From a virus: a stretch of 64,000 nt of DNA. The notes under the pieces were generated by a model. That model did not search any database. It worked only from the letters and a program-made list of their open reading frames with translations, and was not told the origin of the DNA. The stretch covers positions 33,992 through 97,991 of IMG/VR virus record IMGVR_UViG_3300005613_000019; one strand, 5' to 3'. Below, one piece after another: positions 19,086 to 29,246 of the stretch (position 1 is its first letter; each line of letters begins with the position of its first letter). Position numbers and translations under genes: made by a program.

Positions 19086-20525
19086 CTAAGTAATCTCTAT
19101 AAAATATAATTGAGGATCAAAAAAGATTGTATCTGCAGCTACAGCATAACCAACAGCTTGTACCTGATCTCCTAATCCTGAAGGTGCCGTTTGAGTAAGA
19201 TCTCCACCTGTAGTGCTAACATATACAACATCACCAACCGTCCAAGCCCAAGCACTATTATTTATATAACCCTTCAACAAAACTTCTTTATCCGACCCAG
19301 ATCCAGTATCAATAGCCAGCGCAACACAAGGCATTGTAGTTATACTGTCTGCATCAGCTAACACATAAGTACCATCGGTATGAACATGTAAAGCTTGAGA
19401 AAAAGTAACTGCAGGGGTAGTAGTTCCAAAAGATGTAAGGCCGTTAGCAGAGTCAGCAGAGACTGTACTATCTAGCTGCAAAGACTCATGAACTCTAACA
19501 TTATTAAAAGAAGATACTGTATGCTTATCATCAGAAGTCTCTACGTATATAGTACCATTAGGCGCTGCAGATGAATTAAGAGCATAACCTACTTTAATAA
19601 CTTTTTCAGGAGAAGAGGGAACAGAATCTGTAAAATCACCTGAAGAACTATCTAGATACAAAGTATTACCTGAACCTACACCTGAAGTATCAATTCCTGT
19701 AATTATTCCAAATAATTTTACATAACCGTATCCCAAAAAACTAATATCAGTAGCAGCAACACCAAATGTTTGAGAATTAGGTGCTGTTGAAACAGCTTTG
19801 ATTGCTGCTAAAGAAGTACCTCCAGCACCGGCTCCCGAAACATTAACAACGTCACCTTTAGAAATTCCACCAGCCTCTAAACCAGCAGCATATACAATTA
19901 AATCCCTACCAGCTAATAGTCTTACATCACTAGAATCAGTGTCAATTCCTAAAGAATGATTTGTAGAATCCCAATAAACTTGACCCTCTACATACGAAGG
20001 AGTTGACATACTAGAATCTAGAGCAAAAGGAGAATTAATATTAATTAAACCCTTTGTAGCATTAGATGTAGAATCCAAAGTAAGGTTGTTAGAAGCAGCA
20101 GTTCCACCATTTAAAGATTGACCTCCCGCTCTACCGGCTAAAAGAGCATACTGTGTATGCACATCTCCAACAGTTAAATTATCCAGAGTATTATGATCAG
20201 ATAAATTAAGATCAGTTCCAGCAGAATCTGTATAAATTAATCTATGAGGGGTTAGAGTACTATCAACCCATAAAGTGTCATTACCTGCAGAGGCTGCAAT
20301 CCCTGTAAAAGCTATGTCACCTATACCGGATAACTCTCCACCGTCAATCCCAAGTTTAGTCTCTATTGCTAAAATAGACTCAGATAATGTATTAACGTGG
20401 TTAGCTAAAACATCATCAATAAAATCGATCATATACCCAGTTCCTGCAGCAATATTTCTAACAGTTGGATGATAATAATCATCCAAAGCAGTAGGGTACT
20501 GTATTGCTTTCCAAACTAATGTCAT
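19086..20525 (-). CDS. Virion fibre/decoration protein
   Basis: Probable start MTLVWK (ATG 20525, GGAG RBS); AIETKLG and HTQY fibre motifs; two cement-like domains. Confidence 0.7.
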   Translation of the reverse strand: MTLVWKAIQYPTALDDYYHPTVRNIAAGTGYMIDFIDDVLANHVNTLSESILAIETKLGIDGGELSGIGDIAFTGIAASAGNDTLWVDSTLTPHRLIYTDSAGTDLNLSDHNTLDNLTVGDVHTQYALLAGRAGGQSLNGGTAASNNLTLDSTSNATKGLININSPFALDSSMSTPSYVEGQVYWDSTNHSLGIDTDSSDVRLLAGRDLIVYAAGLEAGGISKGDVVNVSGAGAGGTSLAAIKAVSTAPNSQTFGVAATDISFLGYGYVKLFGIITGIDTSGVGSGNTLYLDSSSGDFTDSVPSSPEKVIKVGYALNSSAAPNGTIYVETSDDKHTVSSFNNVRVHESLQLDSTVSADSANGLTSFGTTTPAVTFSQALHVHTDGTYVLADADSITTMPCVALAIDTGSGSDKEVLLKGYINNSAWAWTVGDVVYVSTTGGDLTQTAPSGLGDQVQAVGYAVAADTIFFDPQLYFIEIT

Positions 20526-20576
20526 TAAAAATCTCCAAAAACTAAATGTAAAAAGATACAATTAACCTTATAAAAG

Positions 20577-20600
20577 ATTTTACCACATTACTATTTGGAG
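20577..20600 (-). promoter_or_regulatory. Putative late promoter
   Basis: CTCCAA-atagtaatgtgg-TAAAAT. Confidence 0.6.
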
Positions 20601-20615
20601 AATTAAAAAGGAATA

Positions 20616-20906
20616 TTATTCTACACGATTAAAGGCATAACCAGGAACTTTTATATTTTGATTAAGATATATACCCTTTGAAGTAGCATAAAGTAACCCT
20701 TCATACAAATCATAAGATACGTCATAATACTCATATAATGCCCCATTATAAAACCTAACCATCAAAGTAAACGAGTTCTCATCGTACCCTATTTCAGAAA
20801 TATGAGAAGATTCTACAGGGAACATTTCAACTTCACTAGGGTTAGGTACAGCAGTACCTCCTAGTGCATTATCAGTAGGTAATCCATCATTTCCATAAAT
20901 AGGCAT
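20616..20906 (-). CDS. KTSC domain protein
   Basis: VESSHISEIGYD...L.VRFYNGALYEYYDV...YEGLL.A.SKG.YLN..IK. Confidence 0.9.
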   Translation of the reverse strand: MPIYGNDGLPTDNALGGTAVPNPSEVEMFPVESSHISEIGYDENSFTLMVRFYNGALYEYYDVSYDLYEGLLYATSKGIYLNQNIKVPGYAFNRVE

Positions 20907-22604
20907 CTAATCCCTCCAATTAAAAAAAGATTCAAGTAAAGAAGCCTCAACGCTCTTCTGCGAAGAGACGTTGCGGCTAACTATTTCAAGAGCCTTAAGG
21001 ATTTCTTCCGAATCCTTAGCTTTATCATACTGGGAACCCTTGTATTCGTCAAGCATTGCTTGCAGATTTTTTACAGGTTCCAGATAAGATTGATAAGACC
21101 CAGCGCTAAATTCTTCAGAAAATTCGGATAACTCATTAATTTTATTCTGCAAGCCACCCTTAATATCGTTTAACCCTTTAGCTATAGTTGAGATACTATC
21201 GTCGGTACTACGCTCGTTATATTTAAATTTAGAAAGTATTTCTAGAGTTCCTTCAAGTTTTTCCATCGTTGTAAATATATCGTCACTGATAGTATCAAGA
21301 GTTTTAGAAAACCCGGATAAGCTATCCTGAAGTTCTCCTAAACGAGAAAGTTCACGATTAGCTGAGTTATAACCTTGTTGAAAAAATTTCATAGCCCTAT
21401 CAATAGGCATAGAAGTAACAACATTAGGATCTAAAAGATAAGAAAGATTAGCTACGCCTTCCCCCTGAATACCCGAAGATCCTTGATGAAACGTTACAGT
21501 TCCATCTTCATTAACTTTTATATTTTTCTCTATTAAGAACTCTTCAGCCTGCCTAAGATCTTCGTCAGATTCCATTGAGTTAACTTCAGACTCACCAGGA
21601 GCCATCTCAGACGGCTCCTGGTCCAAGTAACGCTCTTCTAGTATCTCATAGCCAGGGTCAGACTCTTCCAAGTCCTCTAGGTCATCTTGGTCCTCCGGGT
21701 CAGTAACACGACCATAAAAGGGTCCAGACTCTTCCAAGTCCTCTAGGTCATCTTGGTCCTCCGGGTCAGTAACACGACCATAAAAGGGTCCAGACTCATT
21801 ATACAAAGAATCGTCCAAACCTTCAAACATTTGTTCATCATCAGCATCACCATATTGAACTTCAGGTACATCTAAAATAGCTTGAGCAGCCTTAATTAAT
21901 GAATCTACAACACTCTGTTGTTTTTTACGTATATTCCTAGTATTAGGTCCAGTTTCCTCAACAGATGGGTCTAAAGAAAGATCCATTTCTGGATCGTACT
22001 CTTCTTCGGTCTGGCCTTGATCCGTATAAACCATACCAGGTTGAGATGGCCAAAACCCTTCCGGCTCTTCTGGATATGTTTGTTGAGTTATTTGAGTTTG
22101 ATCATACCCCATTTCAGGATCTACTGAAAGATCCATATCTGGGTCATATTCTAATTGACTCTGAGATTCATCTGTATAGACTTGACCGGGTGACTGAGGC
22201 CATAAAGGCCCATCGCCAGCTGAAGTGTCTTGAACAGGCCAGGTAGGATTAGTTTCACCTTTATCCATAAGCATAGTTTTATCATAAGGATTTAACTCTT
22301 CTTCCTCCCAGTCAATATCAAGACCTTCGTAAACGTCTGAGTCTTCGTCTTGCTGAGCAAATTTTAAGAACTCGTCGGTTACGTCGTAATCTTTACGGGA
22401 TATTATATTCCTCATATATAATTCATCTTCCTTTTTAGAATATTTAGCCATAATGCCAAGCTGAACGAGAGATGTCACGTAAGCGTGACGATCTCTCTCG
22501 TTCAGCGCTTGCAAAAATTGGTCAAACAATTCCTGAGAAATGTAATTAGAATCGTCAGCCGAAAGTTTAGTACGCTCAATTGCATCTTGAAGTGTTATAG
22601 GCAT
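20907..22604 (-). CDS. Highly acidic protein, possible internal head protein
   Basis: D/E-rich; 22-aa exact duplication; WP.QPG.VYTD repeats; C-terminal coiled coil; late promoter upstream. Confidence 0.6.
   Translation of the reverse strand: MPITLQDAIERTKLSADDSNYISQELFDQFLQALNERDRHAYVTSLVQLGIMAKYSKKEDELYMRNIISRKDYDVTDEFLKFAQQDEDSDVYEGLDIDWEEEELNPYDKTMLMDKGETNPTWPVQDTSAGDGPLWPQSPGQVYTDESQSQLEYDPDMDLSVDPEMGYDQTQITQQTYPEEPEGFWPSQPGMVYTDQGQTEEEYDPEMDLSLDPSVEETGPNTRNIRKKQQSVVDSLIKAAQAILDVPEVQYGDADDEQMFEGLDDSLYNESGPFYGRVTDPEDQDDLEDLEESGPFYGRVTDPEDQDDLEDLEESDPGYEILEERYLDQEPSEMAPGESEVNSMESDEDLRQAEEFLIEKNIKVNEDGTVTFHQGSSGIQGEGVANLSYLLDPNVVTSMPIDRAMKFFQQGYNSANRELSRLGELQDSLSGFSKTLDTISDDIFTTMEKLEGTLEILSKFKYNERSTDDSISTIAKGLNDIKGGLQNKINELSEFSEEFSAGSYQSYLEPVKNLQAMLDEYKGSQYDKAKDSEEILKALEIVSRNVSSQKSVEASLLESFFNWRD
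21659..21797. repeat. 66-nt coding tandem duplication
   Basis: ESGPFYGRVTDPEDQDDLEDLE x2. Confidence 0.9.
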
Positions 22605-22644
22605 GTCTGCTTCCTTTAAATTTTAAATATAATTACACAAATTT

Positions 22645-22668
22645 ATATTAGCACAAAAATGCTTGGTA
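22645..22668 (-). promoter_or_regulatory. Putative late promoter
   Basis: TACCAA-gcatttttgtgc-TAATAT. Confidence 0.6.
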
Positions 22669-22689
22669 GGAATAAAGAGATACTTAATT

Positions 22690-23076
22690 CTAATCTTCTT
22701 GAGTAAGATTCGGATTCCTTACAAATCTTTTAATAAAAAGGGGCTCAACCTCAGACCCACACATTGGGCAAGCTTCAAGATCTTTAGAACCCTCTACATC
22801 ATGAGCTACATCACACGTACATACATAGCCATATTCAGCTACAATAGCACTTTGACCTTTAGAATCTACACCAAAAATACCATTTACGACACCTAATAAT
22901 CCTAAAGTAGCTTCATAGTCAACATGAAACCCAGTTTGGATAGTGTCATCAAAAGCCACATCAATTGAACACGGTATCCTAATGTCTACTAAACACGTTG
23001 CTGCTACCTTATCTTTCTCAACTAATCTATTCAAAACTTCAAGAGCCTCTTCGATTCCTACAAATTCCTTAATCAT
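22690..23076 (-). CDS. Hypothetical protein with C-terminal Zn ribbon
   Basis: LGLLGVVNGIFG; CTC...CPMCG. Confidence 0.65.
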   Translation of the reverse strand: MIKEFVGIEEALEVLNRLVEKDKVAATCLVDIRIPCSIDVAFDDTIQTGFHVDYEATLGLLGVVNGIFGVDSKGQSAIVAEYGYVCTCDVAHDVEGSKDLEACPMCGSEVEPLFIKRFVRNPNLTQED

Positions 23077-23240
23077 TTCTTCCTCCTTTTACACGCTTCA
23101 TAACACTCCTTACCACATAATTCAGGAGTACAATATTCTACCCAGCTTCCAAAACAAGCTGGCTTATACTGAGTATCTTCGCATAGCTTAGGTTCGAAGT
23201 CAATAGTTATTTTGGAATCTTTTGCTCTTTTTTTAGCCAT
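23073..23240 (-). CDS. 55-aa Cys-rich micro-protein
   Basis: MAKKRAK...PACFGSWVEYCTPELCGKECYEACKRRKK; ATGA overlap with the next gene. Confidence 0.55.
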   Translation of the reverse strand: MAKKRAKDSKITIDFEPKLCEDTQYKPACFGSWVEYCTPELCGKECYEACKRRKK

Positions 23241-23243
23241 GGC

Positions 23244-24005
23244 TTAAATCTCTATCAAAAACTCCTCTTTATAATGACCTTTATTATTATATTCAAAAGG
23301 ATAACCCCAAGGATTACAATAAATTTTAGTATTTCCTATCTTATAATCAAAATAATAATGAGTATGCCCACATAACCATAAATTAGGCTCAGTCTTAAGC
23401 ATCGTCTCTGACATATCTACATAAAAACCTCCATTTATAGATGAACTTCTATAAATGTCGGGTATGACTGAAGTAGTAGGAACATGATGAGTTACAACTA
23501 CAGTTTTATCATTTTTATTTATGCTCTTATTAAGCCAATCTCTATCTTTCCTATGTTCCGTTAATATATCATAAGTATCTACAGTCATAATCTCACAATC
23601 ATCATTTACTTTATTAATCTTCCTATAATCTGGAAAAGAATAATACACTTCACTCTCACCCCTACGATTATCAAAATCAGTCCATAAAGTAGTGCCTAAA
23701 AAAGTAACATCGTCTATTTTAACTGAAGACCTAGACAAAATATGTATATTTTCAAACTTAGCAGCAACCGACTGTAAGTCGGTTGCTGCTTTATTCAAAA
23801 ATCTATTATAATAGTCATGGTTTCCCAAAACCATGACTACAGGCATATTATAATTTACCCTAAGTTCTTTAAAATATTTTCTAAGCCTTTTACGACTAGA
23901 ATCAATATCTCCAGCCATTACAAGCACGTCTGCCTCGTCTGAAATACGAGGCAGACGTTTATGCTCAAAAATTAAATGTAAATCTGATAATAGTTGTATT
24001 TTCAT
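23244..24005 (-). CDS. Calcineurin-like metallophosphoesterase
   Basis: SDLH, AGDI, GNHD, THH, GHTH motifs. Confidence 0.92.
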   Translation of the reverse strand: MKIQLLSDLHLIFEHKRLPRISDEADVLVMAGDIDSSRKRLRKYFKELRVNYNMPVVMVLGNHDYYNRFLNKAATDLQSVAAKFENIHILSRSSVKIDDVTFLGTTLWTDFDNRRGESEVYYSFPDYRKINKVNDDCEIMTVDTYDILTEHRKDRDWLNKSINKNDKTVVVTHHVPTTSVIPDIYRSSSINGGFYVDMSETMLKTEPNLWLCGHTHYYFDYKIGNTKIYCNPWGYPFEYNNKGHYKEEFLIEI

Positions 24006-24070
24006 ACCACACCTTAAATTAATAATATTTTATAAAAAATTATAAAATAAATTTATAAGATTGTCAAGAA

Positions 24071-26254
24071 CTATTTCTTTATGTTTTTAAAATTAGGCAT
24101 TGCTACACCGTAGGAACGACCCCCAGTAGCAAGTTGTCGTTGAAGAAGTTGAGCTTTTCTACCTTGAGGCTCATTAACAACAGAAGATTTAATAACACTA
24201 TTTAGACCTACAAGGCACCTTGCTAAGTCGTCAGACCCTCTACCTCTAACCTTACCCTTCTTACTAGGTGAGATTATCTTCCTCAAGTCTTCGCTTCTCT
24301 CAAGTCTTAAAGATTCGAGCAAACAGACACCCTCACCTGACATCTCTTCCTCGTTTCTAGTCATCTGAATGGTACCTTGAGGGCTCAAAGAAAAACCATC
24401 TGAGAGGGCAGGAGGAAGCAAGCTAACTTGATCGTTATAAACTTGAGTTCTAAAGGACATAAAATCCTGCATTCTAATACTATACCTGTTAGCTGCGATT
24501 CCTAAAGACCTAATATTCTGTATTGCATTTGCAGAGTTCCAAGCGTCAAACCATACTCCAGCTATATGTATCTTCTTAGATAATTCTTTTATAATATCTG
24601 TTACTGAATTAAAATAAATCTCTCTAGATCTAGTAGGAACAATTCTAATACAAAAATCAACTACCGTAATTAGTCTATCTAACGATTGCGGATCTGGATA
24701 AAATGGTTTACCTCCTACTAAAACTCTACCTTTGGACCTTGGAGAATCTTTAGCTGATGGTAAACTAGATAATAAAATTCTACCATCACCGTAAGGTCCA
24801 GGATCTCTAGTTTTTATACCTTTACTTTCAACTTGATAATCCCCCTCATCTTTTAGTTCAGGATGACCACATACTATGGCAAAAGAGTCAAATGTTAAAC
24901 CGGCATCTAAAAACATATAATGATAGTTTTCAAAATCATAATTTACAGATTCTAAATTCAAACCTACATATTGTTTTCCTGTTTTATCAGTTATATTAAC
25001 GTCTCTAAAAGCAGCTATAGGCTCACGATCATAGCGCACACAACTCCAAAACCTTAAAGGTTGATCAAATAGAGGACTTTGAGCTGCTGGAGGATCTGCA
25101 GCGAAGTCTCGTTGTGCAGCTACTGGATCTTTAATAAACTCCTCGTCAAAGTTCTTTCTTTTTTGTTCAGGATTAAATTCCCAAGTAGCACCTTTCCAAA
25201 AAAAAGTTCTCTTAAGCTCTCCGTGTTCTGCTTTATTATAAAGCTGCATAGCTATGTCATCAATTGACATAGGACTAGTAACATTAATCATGAGTCCTAA
25301 GAATGGAAATAAATTATAGTTGTCAACCGAGGATCTTACAGTTTTTAAGGACTGGTTTATAACTCGATACAACTCTTGTGCAGAGGTCTTTGCCTCAGTA
25401 TGCGATAGACGAGCAAGCTCGTCTATCGCTCCAAGGATACGAGTCCTACCTGCAACACCGCCTGAGTTTGAAGAAATTCTGTTAAATCTTACCTGAAGCC
25501 ACCCGTCTATTACAGAGTCTTCAAGAACTTTATACTCCCATGGATCTAAAGAACCTAATTGTTGTTTCTCTTTTCCTTTAACCCATCTAACATGTCTGTT
25601 AATCCAAGGAGAATTATCCCTCATTCCTCTATATTTAGCATAAATAGTATTCTTAGCCTGCTCAGCAGTTGAAGCAGCAAACGTTACTTCAAACCATTCA
25701 GATTTCTCTTGCCTCAAGTATCTCTGCAACGCAAATCTACCTTCGGTAGATTTTACCCTTAAACAATGCTCAATATATCCTCCTATATGAGCACCTAAAT
25801 AAGACTTACCGGATCTCATTCCAGCAATACAAATTAACTCATTATATGGAGTTATGACACCGTCATAAATTAAACCCTGCATCGAATTTTTACAAGACGG
25901 GCATTCAAAATCATTAATTTGAGAATTCCAAACAAACAAGTTTTCTGACTCAAGATAAGATCTAGATTTATTCCAACAATCCATAGCTTCAGGATCTTGA
26001 GAATTACAAAAAGGACATCTTAAATTAAACATATCCCTTAAAATTTGATATTGACGCCAATATCTAAAAGTTGAAGGTACATTCCAATAATCAAGCCCTG
26101 TAACCCATTCAACAATATTTGGGGCAGGTTTTAACAAATAAGACCTTTCAGAGTCTAAGGATATATCTAAACCTGTTACACGATCATCTATTAGATCCTC
26201 TATGTCTTTAATAAAACTTTTCTTCATGTTATACATTTCTACAGTCTTAGCCAT
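24071..26254 (-). CDS. terL: Terminase large subunit
   Basis: Walker A AGMRSGKS, Walker B GAIDE, nuclease FLDAG..FDSFA, WFDAWNS and DDLA. Confidence 0.88.
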   Translation of the reverse strand: MAKTVEMYNMKKSFIKDIEDLIDDRVTGLDISLDSERSYLLKPAPNIVEWVTGLDYWNVPSTFRYWRQYQILRDMFNLRCPFCNSQDPEAMDCWNKSRSYLESENLFVWNSQINDFECPSCKNSMQGLIYDGVITPYNELICIAGMRSGKSYLGAHIGGYIEHCLRVKSTEGRFALQRYLRQEKSEWFEVTFAASTAEQAKNTIYAKYRGMRDNSPWINRHVRWVKGKEKQQLGSLDPWEYKVLEDSVIDGWLQVRFNRISSNSGGVAGRTRILGAIDELARLSHTEAKTSAQELYRVINQSLKTVRSSVDNYNLFPFLGLMINVTSPMSIDDIAMQLYNKAEHGELKRTFFWKGATWEFNPEQKRKNFDEEFIKDPVAAQRDFAADPPAAQSPLFDQPLRFWSCVRYDREPIAAFRDVNITDKTGKQYVGLNLESVNYDFENYHYMFLDAGLTFDSFAIVCGHPELKDEGDYQVESKGIKTRDPGPYGDGRILLSSLPSAKDSPRSKGRVLVGGKPFYPDPQSLDRLITVVDFCIRIVPTRSREIYFNSVTDIIKELSKKIHIAGVWFDAWNSANAIQNIRSLGIAANRYSIRMQDFMSFRTQVYNDQVSLLPPALSDGFSLSPQGTIQMTRNEEEMSGEGVCLLESLRLERSEDLRKIISPSKKGKVRGRGSDDLARCLVGLNSVIKSSVVNEPQGRKAQLLQRQLATGGRSYGVAMPNFKNIKK

Positions 26255-26301
26255 AAAATTAGGCGCAGGGAACCACGGCGGCTTGCCCCGTGGCAGGTTA
26301 C
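26255..26301 (-). mobile_element. Possible IS200/IS605-type end hairpin (PATE-like remnant)
   Basis: GC-rich GTAACCTGCCACGGGGCAAGCCGCCGTGGTTCCCTGCGCCTAATTTT directly before the terL ATG. Confidence 0.4.
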
Positions 26302-26302
26302 T

Positions 26303-26509
26303 TTAGGTCTCGTTATCTCTACAAACTTTTTCTTTTGAACCATAAAACCAAAAAGTAGATCCTATCTTTTCTATACTAAAACTATGATAACCACTACTCT
26401 CGTAAGAGCGCTCTAAGCCTTTTAAATAATCACAAATTTCAGACACGCTACCAGTTAAATACTCTACATTAATAGCACATAACTTCTCAAGAACAAAATG
26501 TTTAATCAT
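26303..26509 (-). CDS. Hypothetical protein
   Basis: ORF in the terminase operon. Confidence 0.5.
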   Translation of the reverse strand: MIKHFVLEKLCAINVEYLTGSVSEICDYLKGLERSYESSGYHSFSIEKIGSTFWFYGSKEKVCRDNET

Positions 26510-26512
26510 AAT

Positions 26513-26800
26513 TTAAACTCTTTTCAAAATAAAGTTTGTTACAATTATCTCCTTAGTAATACTACGTATTTTTAATTTATTTAAATCTGAAGGAATTTTA
26601 TATTTGACTCCGTCAATATAAAATTCATATCCTAAAACATTAGTACAGTAATATTTCAAAACTTTTAAAACAGCTACATTAAAAAACTCAGCCCCTTTTT
26701 TATAAGAAGCTGAGTTTACTAAAATCATCCTGCCTACCGATTTTCCTTTATCGTTCCTAATTAAAGCATCTTGTTGATATGAATTTGTTTCTAAAACCAT
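26513..26800 (-). CDS. Hypothetical protein
   Basis: ORF in the terminase operon. Confidence 0.55.
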   Translation of the reverse strand: MVLETNSYQQDALIRNDKGKSVGRMILVNSASYKKGAEFFNVAVLKVLKYYCTNVLGYEFYIDGVKYKIPSDLNKLKIRSITKEIIVTNFILKRV

Positions 26801-26802
26801 AA

Positions 26803-27639
26803 CTATTTAATACTAAATTCTTCAAAAACTTCATCTATAATTTCTTTAAAGGATTGCTTAATACTCTCAGCCATCTTATTTCTTAAAGTTTCAATAATTG
26901 CATCACCTACACTAGAATCAGGATTAGCTTCTTTAAATGACTCAGCAGCTTCCTGAGTTATAGCAATTAAACTATTCATAAACATCTCCACACTCATAGA
27001 AACAGCTCTTTGCACAGCAGAACCAGCTACATGAGATGAATTTCTAAGTTTAGTGAGTTTAATCTTCATATCAGTTAAATCTGAAAGTAATTTATTAAAA
27101 TCATTAATTTGTCTTATAGAAATAGGTCTTCGCTTTTTACCTGAATCCTCAACAGGATTTAAAGTCTCACGTTCATATCTATAAAGCATGTCTTCAAACA
27201 TACTAATATATCGGGTAATTGAAGTATAATCTGTAAGCTCTTCAGTTTTTTCATATATTAACGTTTCAGCCGTCTCTTTACGTAACGCAGATTGAGGACC
27301 CGTTAAATCTTTGTTTGTAAGATCCTTTTTCATTGCATGTCTTAAATCTTTAGCTATAAGTTCTGCTTTTGTAACATGCTTACTAAAATGTTTTGAAAGA
27401 TTAGCTGAATTAAAATGAGGCAAATAATCACTTTCAGGTGCATCATCCGATAATTGAGCATTTAAAAAATCAACCTTTGAATTCATCCATCTCATAGTTG
27501 AATTATTAGATTGATCTTCCTCCATAATCTTATTATGTACTTCTATATAAAAATCTGGATGAGTTTTTCTTAAAGAACAAATTTTACAATTATTTACTAA
27601 TTTATTTAAACGAGGTAACTCTTTTTTAGATTTTACCAT
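26803..27639 (-). CDS. Putative terminase small subunit / DNA-binding protein
   Basis: N-terminal CKIC..H..KH, helical body, upstream of terL; function inferred from position. Confidence 0.4.
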   Translation of the reverse strand: MVKSKKELPRLNKLVNNCKICSLRKTHPDFYIEVHNKIMEEDQSNNSTMRWMNSKVDFLNAQLSDDAPESDYLPHFNSANLSKHFSKHVTKAELIAKDLRHAMKKDLTNKDLTGPQSALRKETAETLIYEKTEELTDYTSITRYISMFEDMLYRYERETLNPVEDSGKKRRPISIRQINDFNKLLSDLTDMKIKLTKLRNSSHVAGSAVQRAVSMSVEMFMNSLIAITQEAAESFKEANPDSSVGDAIIETLRNKMAESIKQSFKEIIDEVFEEFSIK

Positions 27640-27682
27640 AATAACCTCTCCTTTAAAAACTACATAACATAATATACTCTAT

Positions 27683-28111
27683 TTAACTAGAATTGTTATT
27701 AATTAATTGTCTTAATAACTCTTTTAATTCTTTTTGACTGTCTAAATATTTTTGTTTATAAGATTCAAGCTCATCTTCGATGACTTGAATCTTTTCTTTA
27801 TTAGCATCTGTCTCATAACTTATTTTATCAACATATCTAAACCAAGCCAAACCTACTGAAATAAAAAACAGGAGTAGGCTGATGCCTACTCCTGCTTGCC
27901 AAGTTAACATCCTTTTATTCATTTTAGAATTTTCTTTAATTTGATTCTGAAGTGAATCAAATAACGGAAGTTGAGTACATTTATCTTTTTCTAATATTTT
28001 AGTTTCTAGTTTATCCATACGATCATCTAACTTTAAAAATTTACCGTCTACACGTTCTTTATTTAATTCATAAAGTCTCTTTTTTAAAGACTCAGTTGTT
28101 GAATCAGACAT
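27683..28111 (-). CDS. Single-TM coiled-coil membrane protein (holin-like?)
   Basis: TM WQAGVGISLLLFFISVGLAWF flanked by coiled coils. Confidence 0.5.
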   Translation of the reverse strand: MSDSTTESLKKRLYELNKERVDGKFLKLDDRMDKLETKILEKDKCTQLPLFDSLQNQIKENSKMNKRMLTWQAGVGISLLLFFISVGLAWFRYVDKISYETDANKEKIQVIEDELESYKQKYLDSQKELKELLRQLINNNSS

Positions 28112-28199
28112 ATTAAAATTCCTATTAAAAATAATTTTAATTTCATTATACCATTATTTATATTATTTTTTATAAAGTTTATAAGCAATTACAATTAAG

Positions 28200-29230
28200 T
28201 TATAATTTAAATATTTTTACATATAAAATTTATGTAAAGTCTATCGTATGCCGTTTGGCATACGATAGACGCACCTGTAGCCAAAAATCTCAAAAATTCT
28301 TCTTTTTTAAAAAGTTGTTTAAAAGAAGTTTTTAAATGCTTTGCTTAAGTGCTCTACTCGTTGCCTTTCAGGCTTTCTCGTTCGAGCAGACCCTTTTTCA
28401 GGGTCATTTTTTTAAAACACATTTTTTAAATTTTTCTTTTAAAATTAAGATTTTATATTAAAAAAAGGTAATATAAAAAGTTAGAATCGAGTGAAACGAG
28501 ATTCTTTACAGCGACAAGGTCCGTAGGACCTGTCAGAAGCTGTAAACTTAACAGTATAAGTTAAAGTTTTTAGTTTTAAAAGAATTTTTTAAGAAGTTTA
28601 AAATTTGAAAAGTTTTTTGAAAGTTTTTTAAGAACAAGATTTTAAGTCTTTTTTAAAGCCGAGAAAAACAAAAGTTTTGTTTTCTCAGCTGTCCTACAAA
28701 ATTTTCCCCTCTCAACCAAAGATTCGTCCCCTCACTATGTGCATAAATAAAAAAAAAGAAACCTCAAAAAATATAAACCGATACCGCCATGTCCTTGAAG
28801 TTATCTCCGCATGTACGTTTTTCAGGATAGGCCGCGTGGATCACATCGCTGAGATCCCGCCCCGCCAGTGCGTCTCCGTCGAACGGGGGTCCATCCCTCC
28901 TTTTTATTAGATCTTAGTCTTATACACACCTAATAAAAAGATCAATTTATATCCGATTACGACATTGCTATTTAAAGCACCTCTCCGCAATTCTATGTTA
29001 TTAACATACTCGTTTTTTATTAGGTCTTAATCTTATACACACCTAATAAAGATCAATTTACATATAGTTACAGTATTGCTTAACTCTAAGAGTTGCAATT
29101 TTAAGTAACTAATATTAATATACCCGGTTTAGTTTAAAAACAAGCAACAAATTTTTGTTGCTTGTTTTATAATAAAAACGTGTATTTTTATGTTAAAACG
29201 AAGTATAATACTATAAATTTAGATTTTTTA
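28200..29230. other. Non-coding hairpin/direct-repeat region, candidate replication origin
   Basis: About 1 kb without a credible ORF; multiple inverted repeats, A/T tracts, about 48-bp direct repeat (28900-28949, 29013-29060). Confidence 0.45.
28775..28904. ncRNA. Candidate structured ncRNA (GC-rich island)
   Basis: About 130 nt GC-rich within very AT-rich flanks; stems GGATC/GATCC, CCGT/ACGG, TCCT.GAA/TTCAGGA; no family recognised. Confidence 0.35.
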
Positions 29231-29246
29231 AAGTTTGGAATTAAAA

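Noticed and set aside
23186-23200. GGTTCGAA as a tRNA T-arm
   Set aside because: No cloverleaf; it lies within a small CDS on the opposite strand.
28483-28546. Hammerhead or hairpin ribozyme
   Set aside because: GAAAC and GTCCGTAGGAC look similar, but no correctly placed CUGAnGA core was found on either strand.
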